The notes under the pieces: generated by a model | The model's database searches: none | What the model saw: only the letters and a program-made list of their open reading frames with translations | Told to the model about the DNA's origin: nothing | Program-made: the position numbers and the translations under genes | Shown here: one piece after another, positions 17,724 to 26,944 of the stretch | Layout of the letters: every line of letters begins with the position of its first letter | How positions within the stretch are numbered: position 1 is the first letter of the stretch | NCBI RefSeq assembly: GCF_001481685.1 | Contig: NZ_CP006867.1 | Location: 1,260,001-1,292,000 of the forward strand | Reading direction: 5' to 3' | From: Ignicoccus islandicus DSM 13165 | Lineage (GTDB): Archaea > Thermoproteota > Thermoprotei_A > Sulfolobales > Ignicoccaceae | Length of the DNA: 32,000 nucleotides

Positions 17724-17916
17724 GTACTCCCTCTTTTCGGTCTTCCTCTTGCTAATTATTTCAACTGCTAGAAGAGCTACGTTAGGTGATGATGGCGATT
17801 TAAGCTACTTGAAACTGATTTTAGCGAGTTAAGGTTCAAGTGAATACAATACTTGATGTCTTTTAGGATTGGTTTCCTCCGGATTCGCGACAATATATAA
17901 AATAATCGAAGATGAT

Positions 17917-18228
17917 CTAACCTCGTATTCTCTCTTTGTGAGCTATTAACTCAACCATCTCAGTGGGTAGAGGTTGGACGTTGACCTCTAATACTTCTAC
18001 TACTTTCTCTAGTTTCTTCGCTAACCACTCAATATCCTTTTTCTTACCAGAGACTCTTAGACTGACTTCCTTTGTCTTACCCACGTCTACCACTGCCATG
18101 TCGTGGAAGCGTATTGGGGCTTTCCTTACCACATGTATGGCTCTTGCAAGGCCGTCCAGACCTCCATCAATGGCAGCGTATAACGAGAACTTTATGACGT
18201 ATGCCTCGTGCTCTGACATTGTTATCAC
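17917..18228 (-). CDS. ilvN: Acetolactate synthase small (regulatory, ACT-domain) subunit
   Basis: Immediately follows ilvB. ACT-like domain with KKDIEWLAKKLEKVVEVLEV, resembling the IlvN ..ieqi.kQL.KL..V..V block. Confidence 0.7.
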   Translation of the reverse strand: MITMSEHEAYVIKFSLYAAIDGGLDGLARAIHVVRKAPIRFHDMAVVDVGKTKEVSLRVSGKKKDIEWLAKKLEKVVEVLEVNVQPLPTEMVELIAHKERIRG

Positions 18229-18229
18229 C

Positions 18230-19963
18230 TCACACTACTATACCTTGGGCTTGTTCGGGGGTTAAGATTATGTTTTCAGGAGCAATTACCTTACCAGGAG
18301 CTATCATCGGAAGCACCATTATATCTGGATCTACTATATAGTCTATAACCAAGGCTTCGCCTTGAGCTACGCGCCTTATCGCTTTCCTCATTTCATCATA
18401 GCTTTCCGGCCTCACCCCATCTATTCCGAAGCTATTTGCTAGTTTGACGAAGTCAGGCAAGTAGGCTAAGTTTTCACCAACACGTCTCTTACCGAAGAAT
18501 AGATCTTGCCATTGCCTTATTAGTTGTAACGATCCATTATCGAATATGAGAACACCTACGTTGAGGTTATATTGTCTAACCGTAGCGAGGTTCTGTGAAG
18601 TCATTAAGAAGCTGCCATCACCGTCGATATCTAGAACAGGCTTATCTGGGGCTGCTGCTTTCGCACCAATAGCTGCTGGGAAGCCATATCCCATGGTACC
18701 TAATCCACCGCTGGTTAGGTAAGTACCGGGAACGTAGACGGGGTAGTGGAGCGCTGCCCACATTTGATGTCCTCCAACGCCTGTCGTGACGATTGCATCT
18801 TTGGGTAGTTCCTCTCTTACTATCTTAAGCACTTTCCAAGGCATCATTCCCTTTCCTCTTTCTTTTAATAGTATTTCCCATGCGTAGTCACCAAATTCCT
18901 TTGCCTTCTTGATTATAGGCACTTCCTCATCACGCCTGAAGTTCAGTATTTCTGTAATGTACCTTATTAGCTTCGTTAGTATCTCTTTGGCATCACCAAC
19001 TATACCCACGTCGGGATCGATGTTCTTGCCTATCTCACTTTTGTCTATATCGATATGGATTATTTTCTTACCTTTCTTAAACTCGGTAAAATTACCAACG
19101 GTTCTGTCGGAGAACCTTGTGCCTATAGCAATTACTACATCGGCGTTGTAAAGAGCGTAGTTTGCTTCTGGACGACCATGCATTCCCGCGTTACCAAGGA
19201 ATAGGGGGTGTTCGGCCGGAATCGCTGTTTTACCCATCAACGTGGTAACTATGGGTGCCATTAATATTTCGGCCAGCTTCAATACTTCTTGCGTTGCTCC
19301 GGACCACCAAACGCCTCCACCAACTAATATTACGGGATTCTCTGAATTGACAATGATTTTCGCTGCCTTCCCGATTAGGTCTACTGGCGCCGGTGGTGGT
19401 GATAGTTCGTATCCTGGGATCCATTCCTTTAATACTTCCTCTTCGCTCGGCCAATAGAAATCGATGTCTACCTTCCAGAAGTCTCGCGGAACGTCAACTA
19501 GCACGGGACCTGGTCTATTGGTTACAGATATTATCTTAGCCGCTCTTATTGCCCAAGTTACTTGGGAGGGATCTCTAACCAGTAGACTATGTTTAGTTAT
19601 AGGCATGGTCACTCCAACAACGTCAGTTTCTTGGAAAGCGTCTCTACCCATAACGCTCATTGGAACCTGACCGGTAATCGCGATCATGGGAGCGCTATCC
19701 ATATACGCTGTAGCTAGGCCCGTGACCAGATTGGTTGCACCTGGACCTGAAGTTGCAAAGGCTACGCCGGGGATCTTCCTCTTGACCCTGCCGTAAGCAT
19801 CGGCAGCGTGAGCAGCTCCTTGCTCGTGACGCATAAGTATCACGTTTACGTCGTGATCCGGTATTTTCTCGTAAAGACCAAGGTTAGCGCTTCCTGGTAT
19901 TCCGAAGACCGTTTTAAGTCCTTCTCTTTCTAGAGCCTCTAGGAGCGCATCAGCTACATGCAT
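18230..19963 (-). CDS. ilvB: Acetolactate synthase large (catalytic) subunit
   Basis: ThDP motif IDGDGSFLMTSQNL and GGLGTMGYGFPAAIGAK. Start set at ATG 19963, preceded by GGAGGTG 6 nt upstream. The track GTG at 19972 lies inside that SD. Confidence 0.92.
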   Translation of the reverse strand: MHVADALLEALEREGLKTVFGIPGSANLGLYEKIPDHDVNVILMRHEQGAAHAADAYGRVKRKIPGVAFATSGPGATNLVTGLATAYMDSAPMIAITGQVPMSVMGRDAFQETDVVGVTMPITKHSLLVRDPSQVTWAIRAAKIISVTNRPGPVLVDVPRDFWKVDIDFYWPSEEEVLKEWIPGYELSPPPAPVDLIGKAAKIIVNSENPVILVGGGVWWSGATQEVLKLAEILMAPIVTTLMGKTAIPAEHPLFLGNAGMHGRPEANYALYNADVVIAIGTRFSDRTVGNFTEFKKGKKIIHIDIDKSEIGKNIDPDVGIVGDAKEILTKLIRYITEILNFRRDEEVPIIKKAKEFGDYAWEILLKERGKGMMPWKVLKIVREELPKDAIVTTGVGGHQMWAALHYPVYVPGTYLTSGGLGTMGYGFPAAIGAKAAAPDKPVLDIDGDGSFLMTSQNLATVRQYNLNVGVLIFDNGSLQLIRQWQDLFFGKRRVGENLAYLPDFVKLANSFGIDGVRPESYDEMRKAIRRVAQGEALVIDYIVDPDIMVLPMIAPGKVIAPENIILTPEQAQGIVV

Positions 19964-20143
19964 CTTCTCCACCTCCTTGGATACTAAAGGTAGTTGTTTC
20001 AGACCTCTTTCCGAAGTTGCGTTTTGACATCTGTAACATTCCTCTTCTAGTGATTATCTCAATTCCAAGGGCATCAACCCTCCTCGTCGATGGGGTTAGG
20101 CTACCATGTGGTTTAAATGTGTTAACAATTTCGACAACACATG

Positions 20144-20725
20144 CTAACTCTCTTTTAAGAATTCGACGAATTCTCGAATAGACTTTTTGAGGATAGTTAT
20201 TTCCTCCTCTTTACGAGGGGTATGGGACATTCCGTTTATTTCGACTAGCTTGCACTTCGGAATCTTTTTGCAGAACTGGATGCTTTGTTCTATTGGAACA
20301 ACCTTATCGTCTGTTCCATGAATTATTAATACCGGTTTTTCATACCGGAAATTCATAGGACTCAATCTAACCATTTCCTCTATTTTAACCAAACTCGCTA
20401 TTTCATCGTATATTTTCTTTAAGGAAGGCGTTCTTCTCATGTACTCCAGTTGAAATGAGAGATCTGTAGGAGGTGCAACGGCTATTGCCGGTTTAGATCT
20501 TTGAGCCGCTAGTATAAGGGATAACGCACCTCCCATACTATGACCTGAAAACGCATCTGCATCTAGGCCGAGCGTTTTGACGTATTCATAGGCTTTGACC
20601 AGAGGTTGGGGGAGTTTCGGTGCCGTTACGTCGATCTCGAGTTCTTCGAAGGCTTCAATTAACCACTTAATCCTCGAAGGCGATGAACCGTAGCCATGAA
20701 ACGTCAATACCTTTTCAATGCGCAT
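20144..20725 (-). CDS. Alpha/beta-hydrolase fold esterase
   Basis: Nucleophile elbow GHSMGG. Downstream IHGTDDKV and GMSHTP are consistent with a Ser-Asp-His triad. Confidence 0.75.
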   Translation of the reverse strand: MRIEKVLTFHGYGSSPSRIKWLIEAFEELEIDVTAPKLPQPLVKAYEYVKTLGLDADAFSGHSMGGALSLILAAQRSKPAIAVAPPTDLSFQLEYMRRTPSLKKIYDEIASLVKIEEMVRLSPMNFRYEKPVLIIHGTDDKVVPIEQSIQFCKKIPKCKLVEINGMSHTPRKEEEITILKKSIREFVEFLKES

Positions 20726-20836
20726 CCGCAGAACGCCTCAGTCTCGCAAGAATTTCGAAAGATATTAATAGTTACTATACGCGCTAAAAGATACGTTTTA
20801 ATAAAATCCCGTTAGTAGCCGCTTCGGTGGAACTTC

Positions 20837-21511
20837 GTGGCATTAGAATTTAAAATAGTTGTAAATGATCCGAAAGCTGAGCCCCACCCCAGGGGACATA
20901 AGGTTCACGTAAAGGGCGTAGACGAAATTCCCTTCTCGAAAGAGGAAGAAATTGATCAAGGTACGCGCCTCCCGGTAGCTAAGGCAAATCCCAAGCTACT
21001 GGAGGCGCTTAATGCCGAATACTCGATAGTAACGGTTAGGCTCCTAAAGAAGGAAGGTGACGAAAAGAAGAAAATTACAGCTCACTTCGTAGTCGAAGCC
21101 GACGAAAACGTACCCGAGAACGAGATTTGGGCCAACACCGAGTTCCTATCCACAAGGTTCGGCGAAAACGAGTTCGATGGTGAGGCATTCAGAACGAAAG
21201 CGTTCCAAATTACGTTAAAGGGCGAACAAGCTAGGCAATTCGTTGGAAAGAAATACAAAGACTTAGTACCAGCATCCGTCCTTGGAATAAAGACTCTGAA
21301 GGGGAAGTTCTTGGAAATCAGGGGTGGAAGTGACGAAAGCGGATTTCCAATGAGACCCGACATACCTGGACCAGTAAAGAAGAGAGTCCTATTATCCGGA
21401 CCTCCGGGATTCCATCCAAGAGAACACGGTGAAAGGAGGAGGAAAACTGTAAGGGGTAATACAATAACTGAGGACTACGTCCAAATAAACACCAAAATAG
21501 TTGAAGGTTAA
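20837..21511 (+). CDS. rps6e: 30S ribosomal protein S6e
   Basis: GTG start. Contains GGSDESGFPMRPD and the basic tail PREHGERRRKTVRG. TATA-like TTTTAATAAAAT about 30-35 nt upstream. Confidence 0.9.
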   Translation: MALEFKIVVNDPKAEPHPRGHKVHVKGVDEIPFSKEEEIDQGTRLPVAKANPKLLEALNAEYSIVTVRLLKKEGDEKKKITAHFVVEADENVPENEIWANTEFLSTRFGENEFDGEAFRTKAFQITLKGEQARQFVGKKYKDLVPASVLGIKTLKGKFLEIRGGSDESGFPMRPDIPGPVKKRVLLSGPPGFHPREHGERRRKTVRGNTITEDYVQINTKIVEG

Positions 21512-21532
21512 TTACATTAGATAATCATTTTT

Positions 21533-23521
21533 ATGCGCTCGAGCACCGTTCCTTGGTACTACATTGTGCAAAGAAAATGCTATTGGAGGCGATTAGTGCT
21601 TATTAGGGAGGAAAATCCTGACGAGATTAACAGTACGCTTGCGAGACTTAAAGGTAAGGTACTTTTGGTCTCTGAACGTTCACTAGGTTATCCTTGGAGA
21701 AGGCTTAGGCCAGGGAATTACAGAAAAATATTGGGGACCGAATGGGATCACGTAGTAATTGATCTAAATTACCCAATCCCAGCAAATGCTTTCCCTGCAA
21801 CACTAGAGACTGTAAAGGCTGGTGGAAAGGGGATACTAATACTTCCTCAAGAGAGACTTGAAAACATCTATCGAAAGAGAGGTGGAACGGGACTGTTTGG
21901 AAGGTATTTAGAGAAGACCTTTGAGCTTTACGACGAATCTGGTCAATGTCCTCCGTGGAAACCTCCCAATGGTCTCACTAAAGAGCAAAGAATAGCCTTA
22001 CGGAGACTAGATGGCTTCATTATAGGCAGAGGGAAGGTTTTCGCAATAATCGGAGACAGAGGAAGGGGTAAGAGTGCGCTACTTGGTGCTATGGCGGCGA
22101 AACTGGTTACTATACATGGAATCAAGCGAATAGAGGTAACGTCCGTAACTCCTCAAATGAGCAGTTTCTTGAAAATGCTCAATACTATCTTGAGCGAACA
22201 AAAAGTGCCCTTTAGGCTAGAAAGGGATGGTGATAAATGGAAAGTTATTGGGAAGGAATGGAGAATAGAATGGATTGAACCTTCTAAAGCAGGAGGGAAA
22301 ACAGGGTTAGTTATAGTTGACGAAGCCGCAGCGGTAGGAGTTGCTAGATTAAAGAGAATAATAGAAAGGAGCTGGAAAACTATCTTGGCTACAACAATTC
22401 ACGGATATGAAGGTTCTGGTAGGTACTTGGTTAATAAGTTATTGAACTCAATAGACGCATCGAATGTAATAGAGCTCAAGGACCCCGTTAGGTATCCCCC
22501 CAATGACCCAATAGAAAGGTGGTTGTACAAAGCGTTCCACTTAAGGATCGAATTAAACGAAGACGTAACACCCATAGCTCCAAAGAAGGTCGATAAGGTG
22601 TCTTTAAGTGATCCAACAGCGTTTGGGAGGATTGCTGGTTTACTTGCTATTTCCCATTATAGATGGGAACCCTCTGACATAGAAACGATATTGGAGCATC
22701 CTAAGTCTAGTATCTTCGTCTATGATGGAGACACGTTTCCTATAGGCGTCGCAATCACAATAGATGAGGAGGTGGTAGAAGATCCTTGGAGTGAGAGCAA
22801 AGGTAACGTACTAACTCGAATCTTGAATAGAGTTAGGAGGGTTGAGGCTAGAAGGATAATGAGGATAGCAGTCCTACCCCCCTTACAGCGAAGGGGGTAT
22901 GGCTCGAAGCTCCTTCAATTCATTGAAGATGACACAAAGGATAAGGTTATAGGAGCCGTATTTTCTAACCACGAGGTTCTCGATTTTTGGCTGAAAAATG
23001 GTTACAAGGTAGTGTATATTTCACCAAAGTATAACAAGATAACCGGTGAAAAGAATATAGCTGTTGCGAAAGGTAACGGCGTTGAGGAAATTGCGAACGA
23101 TTTCGCTAGAACTATACTTACAATCGCTCACATATCCTATAGGGACGTAGATACTATTACGCTAACCAAGGCTCTCGAAAGCTGTGTTGGTAGAGGATTA
23201 AACGTTGAAATAGATCGCAATTACTTAGAGTTGTTCCTGGAAAATAAAATAGAGCCAGAACTAGCCTCTAGAGCCCTCTACCCTTGCCTCTTGAAGTATC
23301 CAAAATTAATTAGAGAGCTGGCTCTCCCTTCTCTTTGCGTTGGGTTTCTCCTTCAGGGAAGGAGTCTTTGGGACTTAGCAGTTACTCATTTCCTCGATAT
23401 AGATGAGGTCAGATCGAAGTTGAACGAAAACCTAAGAGCCTTGGCATCGTTATGCCTAATGAAGGAACTTGAAGGCGCTGGCAGTGAAAGTGAGCAAGAG
23501 CTTAGCCAACGAGGTTCTTAA
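21533..23521 (+). CDS. tmcA: tRNA(Met) cytidine acetyltransferase (TmcA / Nat10-like helicase-GNAT fusion)
   Basis: Walker A GDRGRGKSALLG, Walker B-like VIVDEAAAV and GNAT acetyl-CoA site QRRGYGSKLL. The exact start is uncertain. Confidence 0.85.
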   Translation: MRSSTVPWYYIVQRKCYWRRLVLIREENPDEINSTLARLKGKVLLVSERSLGYPWRRLRPGNYRKILGTEWDHVVIDLNYPIPANAFPATLETVKAGGKGILILPQERLENIYRKRGGTGLFGRYLEKTFELYDESGQCPPWKPPNGLTKEQRIALRRLDGFIIGRGKVFAIIGDRGRGKSALLGAMAAKLVTIHGIKRIEVTSVTPQMSSFLKMLNTILSEQKVPFRLERDGDKWKVIGKEWRIEWIEPSKAGGKTGLVIVDEAAAVGVARLKRIIERSWKTILATTIHGYEGSGRYLVNKLLNSIDASNVIELKDPVRYPPNDPIERWLYKAFHLRIELNEDVTPIAPKKVDKVSLSDPTAFGRIAGLLAISHYRWEPSDIETILEHPKSSIFVYDGDTFPIGVAITIDEEVVEDPWSESKGNVLTRILNRVRRVEARRIMRIAVLPPLQRRGYGSKLLQFIEDDTKDKVIGAVFSNHEVLDFWLKNGYKVVYISPKYNKITGEKNIAVAKGNGVEEIANDFARTILTIAHISYRDVDTITLTKALESCVGRGLNVEIDRNYLELFLENKIEPELASRALYPCLLKYPKLIRELALPSLCVGFLLQGRSLWDLAVTHFLDIDEVRSKLNENLRALASLCLMKELEGAGSESEQELSQRGS

Positions 23522-24428
23522 GAACTTACGGAAGATAGGTATTGTTGACAACTCATTAAAACCTAAAGTCGAAGGAGATTACGTCCTAATACCAATAAAG
23601 AAGTCAATAGATGCGTATGAATTGGTCTACGAGGATTTCGAACCAAGAAAGAGAAACTTGAGTTTGAAGGAATGCATATCAAGGAAGTTAGGGGAAGGTA
23701 ATTGGCCTAGATCCTTCAATCAAATCGGCGATATCGCTGTAATCTCATTGAAAGATAACATTAACGATCAACTGAAGGAGGTAATAGTTGAATGTTTGAT
23801 GTCAAATAGTAAGGTAAAAGCCGTCTGGGGTAAGGTAGAAACTTCTGGAGAGGAACGCGTAGCCAAGTTAGTTCACCTAGGCGGCGAAAGAATAACGGAA
23901 ACAATATACAAGGAGAACGGTCTATCATTCAAGGTCGATATTTCAAAAGTATACGTAAACCCTTCGCTTGCTACCGAGCATTACTTAGTAAGCGAATTGG
24001 TGAGAGATGGCGAAAGGGTCTTGGACTTATTCGCAGGGATAGGCTTCTTTTCGTTCAATATAGCGAAGAGAAAGGAATGTAAATGTCTTGCCGTGGACAT
24101 GAACCCATATGCAATCAAATACGCAATTGAGAGTTTGTTTATGAACAAATTGAAAGGTAACGTGAGTTTTCTGCTCAGTAAGGCCGAAGACTTACTGGAA
24201 GTTACAGCGCGAAAACAATTCGATGTAACTATAATGAACTTACCGCATAAATCTCACGAATACGTTGATCGAGTGGTAGAGGTTACCCGGCGACTTGTAA
24301 TAGCTTACTCGGTAGGGTCTCGGGAAGAAGTAATCGGAAGGTTTAGAAGACACGAAATCATTAACCTCAGGAAAGTTCTGGATTACGCACCATATAAGTA
24401 TATTTGGAGAGTGGAATTGAAGCCTTAA
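23469..24428 (+). CDS. Trm5/Taw2-family (Met-10+ like) SAM-dependent tRNA methyltransferase
   Basis: SAM-binding VLDLFAGIGFFS and catalytic-loop IMNLPH. The TTG/GTG start region overlaps the tmcA 3' end by about 35-50 nt. Confidence 0.8.
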   Translation: MKALAVKVSKSLANEVLKNLRKIGIVDNSLKPKVEGDYVLIPIKKSIDAYELVYEDFEPRKRNLSLKECISRKLGEGNWPRSFNQIGDIAVISLKDNINDQLKEVIVECLMSNSKVKAVWGKVETSGEERVAKLVHLGGERITETIYKENGLSFKVDISKVYVNPSLATEHYLVSELVRDGERVLDLFAGIGFFSFNIAKRKECKCLAVDMNPYAIKYAIESLFMNKLKGNVSFLLSKAEDLLEVTARKQFDVTIMNLPHKSHEYVDRVVEVTRRLVIAYSVGSREEVIGRFRRHEIINLRKVLDYAPYKYIWRVELKP

Positions 24429-25498
24429 TCTAGCGGCGTCTGCCCCGTCTCTAGCATGCTCCTTATAACATTGGTGCTGTCCTTAAACTTCTTGGCCCGT
24501 ACAACGATAAGCCCGTCCTCAATCCATTCGTCCTCTATCTTTACGTTTATTCCTAATTCGCGAGTGTATTCCAAGTACCACTCGAGGTCAGAGCGTTCCG
24601 GGAATCGCAATACGAACCTCTCATACAACGCTTCGCCATTAGCTACCTTCCGTATGCTCTCTACGGACGGACCAAGTATTGCCTTACCTAACCATTCATA
24701 CCTGCTCTTTAAAGACTCGTTATCGAGTTCCTCTTCAAATACTTTGAACATTTCACGTACTATTCGAGGAAATAGATAGTCTCTACCTTCATCGAATGGA
24801 TATCGCATTCCAAGTTCAATGTCACCTATGTTAGTATAGCTGCCAGTATACTTCGCGGGAGGTCTCTTATATTGAGGGTCTTTCAGGACTACGCCTTCTC
24901 TTCCTTCTTCATCGAACTTATCGATGATTTCCTTTACTTTGTATGGAGCCTCTTCAGCATTGAAAACTCCCATTAGACGTACTGATTTGAGAGAGTATCT
25001 CTCAAGGAACTCATATTTATCCTTCGTCCCCATTCTCTTATACTTCCCGTCCTCCTTTACAAAGACGTCGAAGATGAAGTAATCGAAATAGGGGGCCTCT
25101 GGGTACTTGACCCTAACATATGGATTCTCGGTTCCAACTACTTCTCCTGCAATGAAGCTTCCCTTAGGTAGTTCCGATAGCGCTTCCTTTATACTATCTC
25201 CATAGAGCAACTTGAGACGGGAATTAGTATAGGGACACAAGTACCCGCCACGCGTAACGAAGACCACGTCATTACCTACTTTTACGGCTCTTACGTTGTA
25301 ACCATTCATTTTCTCTTCAACTGATACTCCTTCGGGAAAATGTTTCCTTATCTTGCTTAGTAAGACCAGCCTCTTAATTGATGGATAACCGGGTAAGATA
25401 ACGCTCTCCTTGTCCAACTTATTGTATATAATAACGCCTCCCTTACCCACTTCACCTGATCTCTTCAATGGTAAATAGACGAAGTGTTTGTATTTCAC
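24425..25498 (-). CDS. ATP-dependent RNA ligase, Rnl3 (Pab1020-like) family
   Basis: Nucleotidyltransferase motif I EEKMNGYNVR (KxNG lysine). About 357 aa with GTG start. Confidence 0.7.
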   Translation of the reverse strand: MKYKHFVYLPLKRSGEVGKGGVIIYNKLDKESVILPGYPSIKRLVLLSKIRKHFPEGVSVEEKMNGYNVRAVKVGNDVVFVTRGGYLCPYTNSRLKLLYGDSIKEALSELPKGSFIAGEVVGTENPYVRVKYPEAPYFDYFIFDVFVKEDGKYKRMGTKDKYEFLERYSLKSVRLMGVFNAEEAPYKVKEIIDKFDEEGREGVVLKDPQYKRPPAKYTGSYTNIGDIELGMRYPFDEGRDYLFPRIVREMFKVFEEELDNESLKSRYEWLGKAILGPSVESIRKVANGEALYERFVLRFPERSDLEWYLEYTRELGINVKIEDEWIEDGLIVVRAKKFKDSTNVIRSMLETGQTPLD

Positions 25499-25587
25499 GC
25501 TAGCGATACCCGTACGTAATGCACTAGGATATTGTTTATACGATTAAATCGCTTCAATTAGCATCCTTCGGTGCGTGTATTCAATAC

Positions 25588-25594
25588 TTAAAAA
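25588..25594 (+). promoter_or_regulatory. TATA box of the tRNA-Thr gene
   Basis: TTAAAAA centred about 30 nt upstream of the tRNA 5' end at 25622. Confidence 0.45.
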
Positions 25595-25621
25595 CACATA
25601 CTCAAGCTATCAATCAACGGG

Positions 25622-25724
25622 GCCGCCGTAGCTCAGCAGGCAGAGCGCCGGCCTCGTAACTTTTCGGATCTATCTTGCGCGGGAGAGCCGGTGGTCGCGG
25701 GTTCAAGTCCCGCCGGCGGCTCCA
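25622..25724 (+). tRNA. tRNA-Thr (anticodon CGU) with a 27-nt intron, 3' CCA encoded
   Basis: Hand-folded. Acceptor GCCGCCG/CGGCGGC, D arm GCTC-AGCAGGCA-GAGC, anticodon stem CCGGC/GCCGG with CGT at 25655-25657, T arm GCGGG-TTCAAGT-CCCGC, discriminator T and CCA. Confidence 0.9.
25659..25685 (+). other. tRNA-Thr intron at the canonical 37/38 position (boundaries +/-1 nt)
   Basis: The 3' strand of the anticodon stem (GCCGG, 25687-25691) is separated from the anticodon loop by 27 extra nucleotides. The intron 3' end GGGAG can pair with the loop CUC, as expected for a bulge-helix-bulge motif. Confidence 0.8.
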
Positions 25725-25877
25725 CTTTCACCTCCAAGACATTTCTCTAGGACCCAAAAACCACTCATAAGATCAAATAGGTAGAGTGACGATCTACTCT
25801 TTGTTTACTTTATAGAGATATATGAGTTAGCCTTATAATTAACCCAAAGAGAGGTTAGACCGAAACTATTTAACTTT

Positions 25878-25896
25878 CATTATGTCACGCATAATG
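25878..25896 (+). promoter_or_regulatory. Perfect 7-bp inverted repeat CATTATG-tcacg-CATAATG between a TATA-like box and the start of the 25907 gene
   Basis: Read directly from the sequence. TATA-like CTATTTAAC lies at about 25865-25873 and the TTG start at 25907. Confidence 0.3.
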
Positions 25897-25906
25897 GTTC
25901 AGCAGT

Positions 25907-26944
25907 TTGGCGGACGAACTCTCAGAGAGGGAGCTGAGAGCGCTAGAAAACATGATACTTGCATTAAAAGTGAAAGACTATGAAACGTTCAAGGAGATCC
26001 TTAATACAGAGTTTGAAAGCGAATCCAAGAAGCTCGAGGTAATATCCTACCTTAGAGAACTCGGTTTCGAAATCCCTCAACTTACTGAACCCAAAAGGAT
26101 CCGCGAAAGAACTAAGAAGATCAACTCATTCAACTATAGAGATATGAAGGGAATTAGAGTTTCGAGAATATCCACTCCATTGAATCTATCGAAACCGGAT
26201 AACTTAGGTAAGCTAGATCTACGGAGCTTCTCATCGGAATCGATAATAGGAGATGAAGGGAGGGAAGTACTTAAGAAAGACTACGATCTGATATTCGGTA
26301 ACATTACTAAGTACGTATACGAGAGCATTAGGAACGCTGAGAGAGAAATTTTGATTGCTTCTCCTACGCTCCATCCTAAATTGATCGATGTTATTAAGAA
26401 GAAGGGAAGAGATGGTGTTGAAGTAAAAGTAGTTCTAGAAAGTAGTAGCTGTAAGGCTCAAGAGAACCTAGGTAAACTTAGGGGAACGTGTAAGATTAAG
26501 AAAATCGCCTCAATGGCTCTCAAATTACTTTTGCTACTCTATAATATGAAGGGAGCCAGTTACTCTTCTATTATACCGTTTCTTCTTGGAACATTAATAG
26601 GATTGTCCGGTGAGGCTACGGCGCTATTAGTACTTACGTCACTCATGTCAATGAACTATTCCTCAATATATTACGCAGGACTCGGTAGTGCGACTCTCGC
26701 CGCGCTCTCCCTTTCATTACTTCAAGATGCAACTAAAGTGCTTCCTCAAAGGAAGGGCTCGGTGAAGGTTAAAGTTCATGAAAGAATACCTGTTTCTATG
26801 GCCATAATAGATCATTCTAAGGCTTTCGTTTCCGACGTGCCTTTCGCTCACGGGAGAGACGCTTTCGCGAAGTTCTACCGCTACTCCGTGGGCGAACCCT
26901 TGAGGGAGTTCTACTTGATTTGGGAACTTGCTTCTGAGTTATGA
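25907..26944 (+). CDS. Hypothetical protein: PLD-like / TrmB-C-like fold interrupted by a hydrophobic (2-3 TM) insertion of about 80 aa
   Basis: REILIASPTLHPKLIDVIKKKGRDGVEVKVVLE resembles the first strand-helix-strand unit of PLD/Nuc-like domains. KVHERIPVSMAIIDHSKAFVSD resembles a degenerate HKD region (H-x-R, altered spacing). Between them lies MALKLLLLLY...IIPFLLGTLIGLSGEATALLVLTSLM...IYYAGLGSATLAALSLSLL. Confidence 0.45.
   Translation: MADELSERELRALENMILALKVKDYETFKEILNTEFESESKKLEVISYLRELGFEIPQLTEPKRIRERTKKINSFNYRDMKGIRVSRISTPLNLSKPDNLGKLDLRSFSSESIIGDEGREVLKKDYDLIFGNITKYVYESIRNAEREILIASPTLHPKLIDVIKKKGRDGVEVKVVLESSSCKAQENLGKLRGTCKIKKIASMALKLLLLLYNMKGASYSSIIPFLLGTLIGLSGEATALLVLTSLMSMNYSSIYYAGLGSATLAALSLSLLQDATKVLPQRKGSVKVKVHERIPVSMAIIDHSKAFVSDVPFAHGRDAFAKFYRYSVGEPLREFYLIWELASEL

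Noticed and set aside
17786-17818. C/D-box sRNA-like signals: exact C box GTGATGA and a CTGA 22 nt later, with a TATA-like AATTATTT about 27 nt upstream
   Set aside because: The spacing leaves no room for the D'/C' boxes and second guide of an archaeal C/D sRNA (about 50-60 nt). There is no terminal pairing, and the AT-rich box is equally well explained as the promoter of the divergent Fdh-like gene.
20113-20143. Inverted repeat GTGTT-n12-AACAC and a minus-strand mini-ORF (MCCRNC) just after the hydrolase stop
   Set aside because: A 5-bp stem and a 6-codon ORF are within chance expectation. It has no T-tract to act as a terminator.
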